A DNA stretch of 42,497 bases, taken from the IMG/VR virus record IMGVR_UViG_3300032421_000009, positions 1 through 42,497 of that record; one strand, 5' to 3'. Both the position numbers and the translations under genes were made by a program. A model generated the notes under the pieces. The model saw nothing but the letters and a program-made list of their open reading frames with translations. It searched no databases and had not been told where the DNA came from. Shown here in pieces: positions 28,091-35,920 of this stretch; the stretch's first letter is position 1; each line of letters opens with the position of its first letter. The stretch is from a virus (taxonomy: Duplodnaviria > Caudoviricetes).

Positions 28091-28543
28091 ATGAGCGACA
28101 GGACTGACAATCTGGCGAAAGAGCTGCTGGCGTTGAAGGGCGAGGATGGCCTGATCAACGTGGCGAAGGCCGAGCAGTGGGCGAAGCGTCATCCGAAGTC
28201 TTCGCTGTACGCGCATCTTGAGTGGGACAACGAGGTCGCCGGCGAGAAGTATAGACACTGGCAGATACGCTCGTTGATCTCGGTGCATATCGTCGATGCC
28301 GAGGGATCGCGGCGGCTGGTGCATCTGTCAATTGACAGCAGGAGCGGCGGCTACCGCCCGATCAACGACGTGCTCGGACAAAAGGAGCTGCGGGAGATCA
28401 TGTTGGAGGATGCGCTGGGCGAGTTGGAACGGATGCAGCGCAAGTATGCGCGGCTGCAGGAATTGGATGGGGTCTGGGCTGCGCGCGATCAGGTCAAGCG
28501 CAGCAGGCGGGCGAGCGCTGCCGTCGCGGAAGCAGCGGATTGA
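28091..28543 (+). CDS. Conserved-looking phage protein, partner of the RAMP-like gene
   Basis: HPKSSLYAHLEWDNEVAGEKYRHWQIRSLI...GGYRP...ALGELERMQRKY; sits between the two arrays; ATG at 28091 with GGAG/GAGG SD. Confidence 0.75.
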   Translation: MSDRTDNLAKELLALKGEDGLINVAKAEQWAKRHPKSSLYAHLEWDNEVAGEKYRHWQIRSLISVHIVDAEGSRRLVHLSIDSRSGGYRPINDVLGQKELREIMLEDALGELERMQRKYARLQELDGVWAARDQVKRSRRASAAVAEAAD

Positions 28544-28544
28544 T

Positions 28545-29098
28545 GGCGTGGCAAGTCCGGTCAGGGCCGGGGCAGGCTAGTCGCGGCAGGCATGGCGAGG
28601 CGAGGCTTGGCCCGACCAGGATCGGCTCGGCGGGGCAGGCCCGGCAAGACTGGACGAGGCTGGGCTTGGCTACGCCAGGCACGGCAGGCGAGGCAGGGCT
28701 TGGTCGGGCGGGGCAGGGTACGGCTAGTCAGGGCAGGCTGGGCAAGGCGCGGCTGGGCGAGGCCCGGCAGGCTGGGCATGGCACGGTCTGGCTTGGCGCG
28801 CCTCGTCGCGGCCCGGCTCGGCAGGCACGGCGCGGACGGTCCCGGCGGGTTCCGGCAAGGCACGCCTTGGCTTGGCCAGGCAGGCGGGGCACGACGAGGC
28901 ACGTCCGGGCTTGGCATGGCCAGTCGCGGCTTGGCAGGCCAGGCGGGGCAACTCTCGGCAGGGCCGGGTCCGGTGCGGCCGGGCTGGGCAGGCGGGGCGA
29001 GGCTCGTCGGGGCAGGCTGGGCTTGGCAGGCCCCTGCGGGGAAGGGCGGGACGTGGCATGGTGCGGCAGGCGCGGCAGGTCTCGGCAGGGTTTGGGCC
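28545..29098 (+). ncRNA. Long GG(C/T)-NN pentamer array punctuated by GGCA (candidate guide-RNA array)
   Basis: Strict 5-nt register. 4-nt GGCA breaks at 28585, 28634, 28683, 28732, 28766, 28820, 28879, 28933 and 28987; degenerates after ~29010. Confidence 0.8.
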
Positions 29099-29124
29099 AC
29101 GGAGGGGCGGCAACGCCTCTCCGT
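29099..29124 (+). terminator. GNRA hairpin closing the array
   Basis: ACGGAGGGGCG-GCAA-CGCCTCTCCGT (11-bp stem with one G-U). No U-tract, so it may be a 3' processing/stability stem rather than a terminator. Confidence 0.55.
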
Positions 29125-29311
29125 CGCTGCGTGACGTGAGATGACGCCGTTGCGAAACACGCAGAATCAGCGCACAACAGAAATGGCGCCCAGTTGGAGC
29201 TGGACGCCATCTGTAACTTTGGACTTGGCTGGAGATGGAGAGCCAAGCGGAAACGGAAGCTGCAAACCCGTTTTCGCACACCTCTCCGGCCATGACAAGA
29301 GAGGTGTGCCT

Positions 29312-29614
29312 ATGACATATCCGAGCATTGCCGCCATCCAGGCGGTCGTCTGCGCGCATTTCCGCGTCACCCACCTGGATCTGCTGTCCCGCCGCCGGGG
29401 ACGCGCGATCTCGTGCCCGCGCCAGGTCGGCATGTGGCTTGCGCGCCACACCACGCCCCTGAGCCTGCCGGAGATCGGGCGGGAGTTTCAGCGGGACCAC
29501 ACGACGGTGATGCACGCGGTGGACCGGATCGACCGCGAGATCGCCGCCATTACACCACACGGGGCAATCGCGCTGCAGCTGAGAACAGCGCTGGAACAAG
29601 GGGAAGCGGCATGA
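29312..29614 (+). CDS. DnaA C-terminal (domain IV) HTH protein
   Basis: DLLSRRR...PRQVGMWLAR..T.LSLPEIGREFQRDHTTVMHAV. Confidence 0.85.
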   Translation: MTYPSIAAIQAVVCAHFRVTHLDLLSRRRGRAISCPRQVGMWLARHTTPLSLPEIGREFQRDHTTVMHAVDRIDREIAAITPHGAIALQLRTALEQGEAA

Positions 29615-30405
29615 GCAACTGCAACGGGCACCGCTGGTCCAAATTCTGGTGGCGGGATCATCAGGGTGACGCGGCGCTGCGGGCCTGCAGCCTGGCCGCA
29701 CGCGGCTACTGGATGGAATTGCTGTGCGTGGCGCACGAGGCGACGCCGATTGGCCACGTCCTGCTCAATGGCCGCGTCCCAACCTATCGGCAGAAGGCAG
29801 CCATTGCGGGTTGCACCGAGAAGGAGGCGCAGCGGCTCGAGGTTGAGTTGGAGGAGGCCGGGGTATTCAGCCGGACCGACGATGGCACGATCTATAGCCG
29901 CAGAATGGTCAAGGACGCTGCCCAATCACAGGCTGGCGCTGAGGCCGTCAAGAAGCGATGGGATGCCGCCAAACCTAATACCCCCCCTAATAGGGTGGCT
30001 AATGGGGAGGCCCATAGGGGGGCTACGCCAACCCCTACTACTAAGAAGCTAGAAGTAGAGTCAGAGAAAGAGGAGACACCTGTCGGTGTCTCTCCGCGCG
30101 CACGCGCGAAAACACCGAAACAAATCCTGCCCGAGAGTTGGGAGCCTGGGCCGAAGGAGGTCCAGCTCGGGCACCAGCTCGGGCTGTCAGCCGTTGAAAT
30201 CGCCAGGGAAACCGAGCGAATGCGGGATTGGGCGGCAGCCAAAGCCGCAGCCTACGCCGACTGGCACGCCTTCTTCCGCAACTGGCTCCGCGATGCCGTG
30301 AACCGCCAGCGCCAGGAGAAAACCCAGCCAGTAACCACCGACGAACTGCGCTCCCAATGGGGCCTGCCAACCTTCCTCGGACCCAACGGCAGGCTGCTGT
30401 CATGA
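29611..30405 (+). CDS. Replication initiator (lambda O-analogous)
   Basis: WSKFWWRDH..D..LRACSLAARGYWMELLC...IYSRRMVKD N-domain, internal repeats, and a DWHAFFRNW C-domain. Confidence 0.72.
   Translation: MSNCNGHRWSKFWWRDHQGDAALRACSLAARGYWMELLCVAHEATPIGHVLLNGRVPTYRQKAAIAGCTEKEAQRLEVELEEAGVFSRTDDGTIYSRRMVKDAAQSQAGAEAVKKRWDAAKPNTPPNRVANGEAHRGATPTPTTKKLEVESEKEETPVGVSPRARAKTPKQILPESWEPGPKEVQLGHQLGLSAVEIARETERMRDWAAAKAAAYADWHAFFRNWLRDAVNRQRQEKTQPVTTDELRSQWGLPTFLGPNGRLLS
29973..30044. repeat. Degenerate 12-bp iterons, putative replication origin
   Basis: acctaatacccc/ccctaatagggt/ggctaatgggga/ggcccatagggg/ggctacgccaac/ccctactactaa inside the initiator gene. Confidence 0.55.
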
Positions 30406-30968
30406 CCGAAATCCGCGTCGTCTCAGGCTGGCTCACCGACCTCGCCAACCTCACCGCCGGCAGCGCCATGATGCGCGAAATCAAGCCCAGAATCGCCGGC
30501 AACGCCTCCATGCTGGCCGACGCATTCCCAGCCGCAGCCTTCTCCCGCGCCTCGCTCGATGCCGTCGCCCGCCAGTGCAAATTCTTCCCGAGCTACAGCG
30601 AAATCTGCGAGCATCTCAGCGCCTGGTGGAAGGAGAACCGGCCCACACCACGAGCCATCGAATCAGACCAGCCAGCCACCGTCAGGCAGCGCGAACTCGA
30701 ACGGAATAACCGCGAGAGCTGGGAAGCCATCAGCGCCGAGCAAATCCGCACCAAAATCCGCACCATCCGCAACAGCCCAATGCCAGCCCTGTTCGGCCAC
30801 TTCTTCGCAACAGCACTCGCCAAACACGCGCCACAGCATCTCGGCCTGCTGCCACCCGAGTGGCTCGAAGACCGCAACGAACCAGCCTCCGTCACAGCCC
30901 TGCGCAGACCAGCCGCCGCCGCCATGCCCAGCGAAGTCCGCCGCGGCGACCCAGAAACCGCGCCATGA
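30402..30968 (+). CDS. Replication accessory (helicase-loader-like) protein
   Basis: CKFFPSYSEI motif; directly follows the initiator. Confidence 0.5.
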   Translation: MTEIRVVSGWLTDLANLTAGSAMMREIKPRIAGNASMLADAFPAAAFSRASLDAVARQCKFFPSYSEICEHLSAWWKENRPTPRAIESDQPATVRQRELERNNRESWEAISAEQIRTKIRTIRNSPMPALFGHFFATALAKHAPQHLGLLPPEWLEDRNEPASVTALRRPAAAAMPSEVRRGDPETAP

Positions 30969-31168
30969 CCAACTTCGCCGCCAGCGACCAGTCCTTGGTC
31001 GATATCGCCGCAGCCCTCGAGCAACTCGCCGGGCAGGCCATCGACAACCACGAATTCGCCCAGGCCGCCGCATTCGCTCAAGCCGCCGCAACCTACCGAT
31101 GCGCCGACGCCCTCAGCGACATCCTCGCTGCCATCGAGTTGCTCGCGGCCAAGGACTCCGCCCCATGA
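30965..31168 (+). CDS. Hypothetical protein
   Basis: ATGA-coupled, Ala-rich helical ORF. Confidence 0.55.
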   Translation: MTNFAASDQSLVDIAAALEQLAGQAIDNHEFAQAAAFAQAAATYRCADALSDILAAIELLAAKDSAP

Positions 31169-31437
31169 TGCCCGACGACGACCGCACCGTCCGCCGCCTC
31201 GGACTCCGCTTCGAGCGCCGACTCTGCACCGCCATCGAGCAGTCCAACATCCACCCGCATTACGCCCTCGCAATCATGGCAACCGTCCTCGGCGAACTGC
31301 TCCACGCCATCCCAGAAGCCGACCGCAGCCAGTGCGTCGAGGCCATCTGCCAGATCATCGTCACCCACAGCCTCCACGGCTTCGACGCCGCCGCCGAACT
31401 CGCCGCCAACAAGCTCAGGCCACACCTCGATGCCTGA
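31165..31437 (+). CDS. Hypothetical protein
   Basis: ATGA-coupled ORF (MMPDDDRTV...). Confidence 0.55.
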   Translation: MMPDDDRTVRRLGLRFERRLCTAIEQSNIHPHYALAIMATVLGELLHAIPEADRSQCVEAICQIIVTHSLHGFDAAAELAANKLRPHLDA

Positions 31438-31663
31438 ACCAACCAAGGCCGTCGAAGCCGCCATCCGCGAGGACGGACAAACCATCGCCAACGCCACACT
31501 GAAACGCGCCGGCAATGACACAATCATCGCCCTCGCCATCCTCGCCGTCGCCGTCGAGACCACGTTCCAACGCATCCAAGACCCGGTGAAGCGATACCAG
31601 ACCATGACCGAATGGTTCGCCGCGTTCGGCGACGCCGATGAGGACACCCCACATGCCGCTTGA
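31430..31663 (+). CDS. Hypothetical protein
   Basis: Overlap-coupled ORF. Confidence 0.5.
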   Translation: MPEPTKAVEAAIREDGQTIANATLKRAGNDTIIALAILAVAVETTFQRIQDPVKRYQTMTEWFAAFGDADEDTPHAA

Positions 31664-32258
31664 CGCACTACCCTCTACCCGGTTAGAGGCACCCAACAGG
31701 ATGTGCGCCCAGCCCGTCGCGGACGCTACGCCTAGCGGTAGCCGTCCCCTCCCCTGGTTCGTCATCGCATCCCACTCCCAGGCCGAGCGCCGCGCCGCAC
31801 AGCACCTCGCCCAGCAAGGCTACCAAACCTACCTCCCGCTCTGCGCCATCAAGCGCCGCGATCGCGTCGTCCGCTCCATGTTCCACACAATCCAGGTGCC
31901 GCTGTTCAGCGGATACCTGTTCACCAGCTTCGATCCGCATGAAAACTGGCGCCCCATCCTCTACACCCCAGGTGTCTTCAGCCTCATCAGGAACCCAGAT
32001 GGCAAACCCATCCCAGTCCCACAGCGCGCCTTGGAGGCCGTCAGAGCCAGTGAGGACGCCCGCCGCACCCTCACCCCTTGGGAACCGCTCTGGCGCCCTG
32101 GAGCCGCCTGTAAGCTCGCTGGCGGGGGTGCTTTCGATGGCCATGACGCCGTGGTGACCGCCGTCCATCACGACCGCGCCGTCGTCGCCCTGCTCATGCT
32201 CGGACACCTCCGCGAAGTGCAGGTGAGCCTCGACTGCCTGGCCGCACGGGAGGGTTAG
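31653..32258 (+). CDS. NusG/RfaH-family transcription antiterminator
   Basis: WFVIASHSQAERRAAQHLAQQGYQTYLP...PLFSGYLF...TPGV NGN domain and a KOW-like GGAFDG. Confidence 0.85.
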   Translation: MPLDALPSTRLEAPNRMCAQPVADATPSGSRPLPWFVIASHSQAERRAAQHLAQQGYQTYLPLCAIKRRDRVVRSMFHTIQVPLFSGYLFTSFDPHENWRPILYTPGVFSLIRNPDGKPIPVPQRALEAVRASEDARRTLTPWEPLWRPGAACKLAGGGAFDGHDAVVTAVHHDRAVVALLMLGHLREVQVSLDCLAAREG

Positions 32259-32276
32259 GCTCCCCAGCAAACTGAC

Positions 32277-32672
32277 ATGGCGCGACAAACGCAACACGGT
32301 CCAACCGGCGTACGGCTGAACCAAAAGCAGGACATGCGCTGCAGGTCCGCAATCCAGACCACAGCCCTGCTGCACAGGCTCAACGATTTCGCGCTTCAAA
32401 AGCCCTGCCGCTACTCCGGCCAGATGTTCCAGATGACCGATACGCAGGTGCGCGCCGCCCTCGGACTGCTGCGCAAGACCATCCCAGACCTCGCCGTTAC
32501 CGAGCTGCGCGGCGATCCCGACAGGCCGCTCAGCATCGAATTTACCTGGGCACCAGCAACACCGGCTGTTTCACATGAAACTAAGGACGCGCCGCCGGTG
32601 ATCGACGCAACGCCAGAGCCGGGCGACAGCACCGAGTTCGTGTGGGGCAAGAGCAGCGATGACGCAGCGTAG
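32277..32672 (+). CDS. Terminase small subunit (putative)
   Basis: MTDTQVRAALGLLRKTIPDLAVTELRGDPDRPL; first gene after the antiterminator. Confidence 0.55.
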   Translation: MARQTQHGPTGVRLNQKQDMRCRSAIQTTALLHRLNDFALQKPCRYSGQMFQMTDTQVRAALGLLRKTIPDLAVTELRGDPDRPLSIEFTWAPATPAVSHETKDAPPVIDATPEPGDSTEFVWGKSSDDAA

Positions 32673-32911
32673 CTACACTCGTCCATACCGTAGCTACGCG
32701 CGCCACTACACAGCGGACAGGTGCTGATTGCGCTGCTTGGTATATACGGCGCCGTCTGCATCGCCGGCTGGTGCGCGCTGATCCTCGGCGCACGCTGCGA
32801 TGATTGCTGATTAGGCGCGTAATGCCTCCCCAGGTGGCGCCTGATGGGCACGGGCGGTTGCCCGACACAGCCGCCCGCCGCTCAACCACACAACACACAC
32901 CGGAGACACCG

Positions 32912-33448
32912 ATGCGCCCGCTGCTGCTCGCCGCCACGGCACTGCTCGCCACCGCGCCAGCCTATGCCGCGCCAATCGACGCCGGCAGCGTCATGAATAT
33001 CGTCGGCAACGCCACATTCAGCGCCACCGCCATCAGCTTCACGTCGCCCGCCAATCTCGTGACCGGAACCGGCGTATACACAGCGCTCGGCACCTGCGTC
33101 GGCTGCGTCGATGTATCCACACCCGTCACCTATAACCCGTTCACGCCGGTCGCCGAGCTGTTCAGCGCCACCAACAACGGACTGACGGCGACGGTCAGCG
33201 TCACGGCGCAGCTCGAAGCGCCGGACTACACCGGCAACACGCTGCTCATCGTGGACGCGGCGCTGCTGACGCTCAGCGGCTTCGATCCGACACCCGGCCG
33301 GCTCGCGCTGACGCTCAACCAGGACACCGGACAGATCAGCGGCTCGTTCTCGTCCACCGTGCAGGGCATCAGCGTGCCGGAGCCTGCGACGCTGGCGCTG
33401 CTCGGCATCGGCGCGCTCGGCCTCGGGCTGGCGCGGCGGAAGGCGTAG
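32912..33448 (+). CDS. PEP-CTERM sorting-domain protein 1
   Basis: Signal peptide; C-terminal VPEPATLALLGIGALGLGLARRKA. Confidence 0.88.
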   Translation: MRPLLLAATALLATAPAYAAPIDAGSVMNIVGNATFSATAISFTSPANLVTGTGVYTALGTCVGCVDVSTPVTYNPFTPVAELFSATNNGLTATVSVTAQLEAPDYTGNTLLIVDAALLTLSGFDPTPGRLALTLNQDTGQISGSFSSTVQGISVPEPATLALLGIGALGLGLARRKA

Positions 33449-33534
33449 CGTGCCCGAGCCGTCCGTCGAGCAGCGTGTGCGCGAGCGTGCCTACGCGAGC
33501 AGGACGACGTGATCGACAAGCCGGAGAGCTTCTG

Positions 33535-33714
33535 ATGTCGCCCATCATGCTCATCGTATTGGTCCTGCTAATCCTGCTGCTGTTCGGCGGCGGCTGGTAT
33601 GGCTACCGCGGCGGCTACTACGGCGGCGGCCCATACGCTTACGGCGGCTTCGGTATTGTCGGCGTGCTGATCGTGCTGCTCGTCGTGCTGCTGCTGTTCG
33701 GATACCTGCGCTGA
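33535..33714 (+). CDS. Small Gly/Tyr-rich two-TM membrane protein
   Basis: IVLVLLILLLFGGGWYGYRGGYYGGG...GIVGVLIVLLVVLLLFG. Confidence 0.7.
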   Translation: MSPIMLIVLVLLILLLFGGGWYGYRGGYYGGGPYAYGGFGIVGVLIVLLVVLLLFGYLR

Positions 33715-33950
33715 TGCCGCGCTGGCGTGTCGAGATGCCGCCGCTGCGCTCGGACGCGGCGACTCTGCCGGTGGACGTCGAGGCCGACAGTGTGGCGATT
33801 GCCGGCGGCGCGCTGGTGTTCATGGACCTGGGCCACATCGTGCGCGCGCTCGCGCCAGGCCAGTGGCTGCACCTGACGCTGCTCGGCGACGACGCGCCAG
33901 ATGATGCAGGCGACCGCTACACCGCCGCCACCACGCAGGCGTGCCGGTGA
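33714..33950 (+). CDS. Hypothetical protein
   Basis: TGATG-coupled ORF. Confidence 0.55.
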   Translation: MPRWRVEMPPLRSDAATLPVDVEADSVAIAGGALVFMDLGHIVRALAPGQWLHLTLLGDDAPDDAGDRYTAATTQACR

Positions 33951-35182
33951 CGATCCGGCTTCTCACCGGCGATTGCCGCGACGTGCTGGCTACGCTGCCC
34001 GAGGCGTCGGTGCATTGCGTCGTCACCAGCCCGCCGTATTACGCACTACGCTCGTATCTACACGCCGAGCATCCGGACAAGCGCCGCGAGTTGGGCAGCG
34101 AGGCCACGCCCGCCGAGTATCTGGCGGCGATGGTGGAGGTGTTCCGCGCGGTGCGCCGCGTGCTGCGCGACGACGGCACATGCTGGGTGAATATCGGCGA
34201 TAGTTACAGCGACGGCGGCTCTGGGGCCAACAAGCGGCAGCGCAATCAGCCGAACGAAAACCGAGATGGCACGGCAGACACCAAGGCGCAGCGTGGTGTG
34301 TTGCCAGCCGTGAGTGATGGGGCCAAGCCGAAAGACCTGCTGCTGATGCCGGCGCGGCTGGCGCTGGCGCTGCAGGCGGACGGCTGGTGGGTGCGCTCCG
34401 ACATCATCTGGCACAAGCCAAACCCGATGCCGGAGTCATGCACCGACCGGCCCACGAGCGCGCACGAGCATGTATTCCTGCTCAGCAAGCGGGCGCGCTA
34501 CTTCTACGATGCGGATGCGGTGCGGGAGGCCAACACGGAGGCAACCGCTGACCGCTATGCTGCGGGTTACAACGCATCGTGGAAGCGTGCGCAGCTTGCG
34601 TCTGTCGCCGATGAGCGAACGGAAGGTTTCGCAGGAACGCCAGATGCGGCGCGGGGCCGCAACCTCCGGAACGTCTGGACGATTGCCACGCACGCCTACA
34701 GCGACGCCCACTTCGCCACGTTCCCGCCCCAGTTGGTCGAGCGGTGCATCCGTGCCGGCACCAGCGAGCGCGGCTGCTGCGCGGCGTGCGGGGCGCCGTG
34801 GGTGCGGCAGACCACAACGTCGTTTGAGCCTACTCAGAACCCGGCATTTCCGAAGGCCGGTCAGAAGGGCGTGGATGCATCCAATGGCTGGGGCGAGGTG
34901 CCGCGTGGCAGAGTAAGCGCCACCACCACCGGCTGGTCGCCAGGGTGCCTGTGTAACGCAGGCACCCAACCCTGCACGGTGCTGGACCCATTCGTCGGCT
35001 CCGGTACCACGGCACTGGTCGCGGATCGCCTCCAGCGCCACGCCATCGGGATCGACCTGAGCATCGACTATGCGGCGATGGCGCAGCGGCGGCTCGAAGC
35101 GGACGCGCCGCTGTTCACGTCGGTGCCGGTGCATCCGGTGGAGACGGAGATCGCCGACCTGTTCAGTGCCGCGGCGGACTGA
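33941..35182 (+). CDS. DNA N4-cytosine/N6-adenine methyltransferase (beta class)
   Basis: VVTSPPY, IIWHKPNPMPES, HFATFP and VLDPFVGSGTT. Confidence 0.92.
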   Translation: MPVTIRLLTGDCRDVLATLPEASVHCVVTSPPYYALRSYLHAEHPDKRRELGSEATPAEYLAAMVEVFRAVRRVLRDDGTCWVNIGDSYSDGGSGANKRQRNQPNENRDGTADTKAQRGVLPAVSDGAKPKDLLLMPARLALALQADGWWVRSDIIWHKPNPMPESCTDRPTSAHEHVFLLSKRARYFYDADAVREANTEATADRYAAGYNASWKRAQLASVADERTEGFAGTPDAARGRNLRNVWTIATHAYSDAHFATFPPQLVERCIRAGTSERGCCAACGAPWVRQTTTSFEPTQNPAFPKAGQKGVDASNGWGEVPRGRVSATTTGWSPGCLCNAGTQPCTVLDPFVGSGTTALVADRLQRHAIGIDLSIDYAAMAQRRLEADAPLFTSVPVHPVETEIADLFSAAAD

Positions 35183-35196
35183 GCTATACTGGCGGC

Positions 35197-35511
35197 ATGA
35201 GCGACGAACACATCCGGCGGGCGCATTTCGAGCGGCAGAAGCCGGAGCACCGGTTGGGCGACGCCTCAATCGAGGCCGAATACTACCAGAAGATGAACGA
35301 GCTGGCCGCGGTCCTGGACCACGAGTTTAACGGTGATGCGAAGGGTGACGCCCGACAGGTCGGGTTTGTCATGATGGTGTTCCCGTTTGGCGACAAGTCG
35401 GGCCGCTGCAACTACATCAGCAACGGCGCGGATCGCAAAGACATCGTGGTGCTCATGAAGGAGATGATCGCCCGGTTCCAAGGCCAGCCGGAGACGAAGG
35501 GGCGGGCATGA
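35197..35511 (+). CDS. Hypothetical protein
   Basis: GFVMMVFPFG...NYISNGADR; protein-like composition. Confidence 0.65.
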   Translation: MSDEHIRRAHFERQKPEHRLGDASIEAEYYQKMNELAAVLDHEFNGDAKGDARQVGFVMMVFPFGDKSGRCNYISNGADRKDIVVLMKEMIARFQGQPETKGRA

Positions 35512-35630
35512 GCGACTGGCGGCGTGTTCTGCTCGCGATCCTGGTCCTGGCGGCGGTGGGCAGCACGGTGTTCCGCAGCGTGCCCGGCCGGATGATGGAC
35601 CCGGCCTGCTGGCCCGACTGCCCGCCATGA
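35508..35630 (+). CDS. 40-aa membrane peptide (not in ORF track)
   Basis: MSDWRRVLLAILVLAAVGSTVFRSVPGRMMDPACWPDCPP; ATGA overlaps on both sides. Confidence 0.5.
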   Translation: MSDWRRVLLAILVLAAVGSTVFRSVPGRMMDPACWPDCPP

Positions 35631-35821
35631 CGCCGGATGACGCGCTGGCGGACGAGTTGCGCCGGCACCTGGCCGAGCTGGACGTGGAGATCCTCCGGCT
35701 GAAGCGCCAGATCGGCGAGCTGCGCAGCGCCATCGCCGCGTTACTGGCGCCGGATGACTGTAAAGAATACCGACACTTCCAGCCTTTCGTTGCCGATTAC
35801 CCAGGTAGAAACGCAACATAG
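35627..35821 (+). CDS. Small coiled-coil protein
   Basis: Heptad pattern; coupled start. Confidence 0.5.
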   Translation: MTPDDALADELRRHLAELDVEILRLKRQIGELRSAIAALLAPDDCKEYRHFQPFVADYPGRNAT

Positions 35822-35920
35822 TTGCACGATTCTGGGTTGTTTGTCGGAACTCTTTACACTCGCGCCCTCTGGGCCACGCCTACACTCCGACAGGGCGCCT
35901 TCCGCCCGAAGGAGAACGAC

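Noticed and set aside
28545-29098. Classical CRISPR array or simple microsatellite
   Set aside because: No 23-47-nt identical repeats with spacers and no cas1/cas2. The NN positions are too diverse and the GGCA punctuation too regular for slippage repeats.
28540-29279. Several long G/R/A-rich ORFs on both strands over the pentamer array (28540..29139, 28592..29134, 28561..29160, 28728..29279)
   Set aside because: The GGCNN repeat rarely produces stop codons, so several frames are open. The period is 5 nt, not 3, and the translations are low-complexity.
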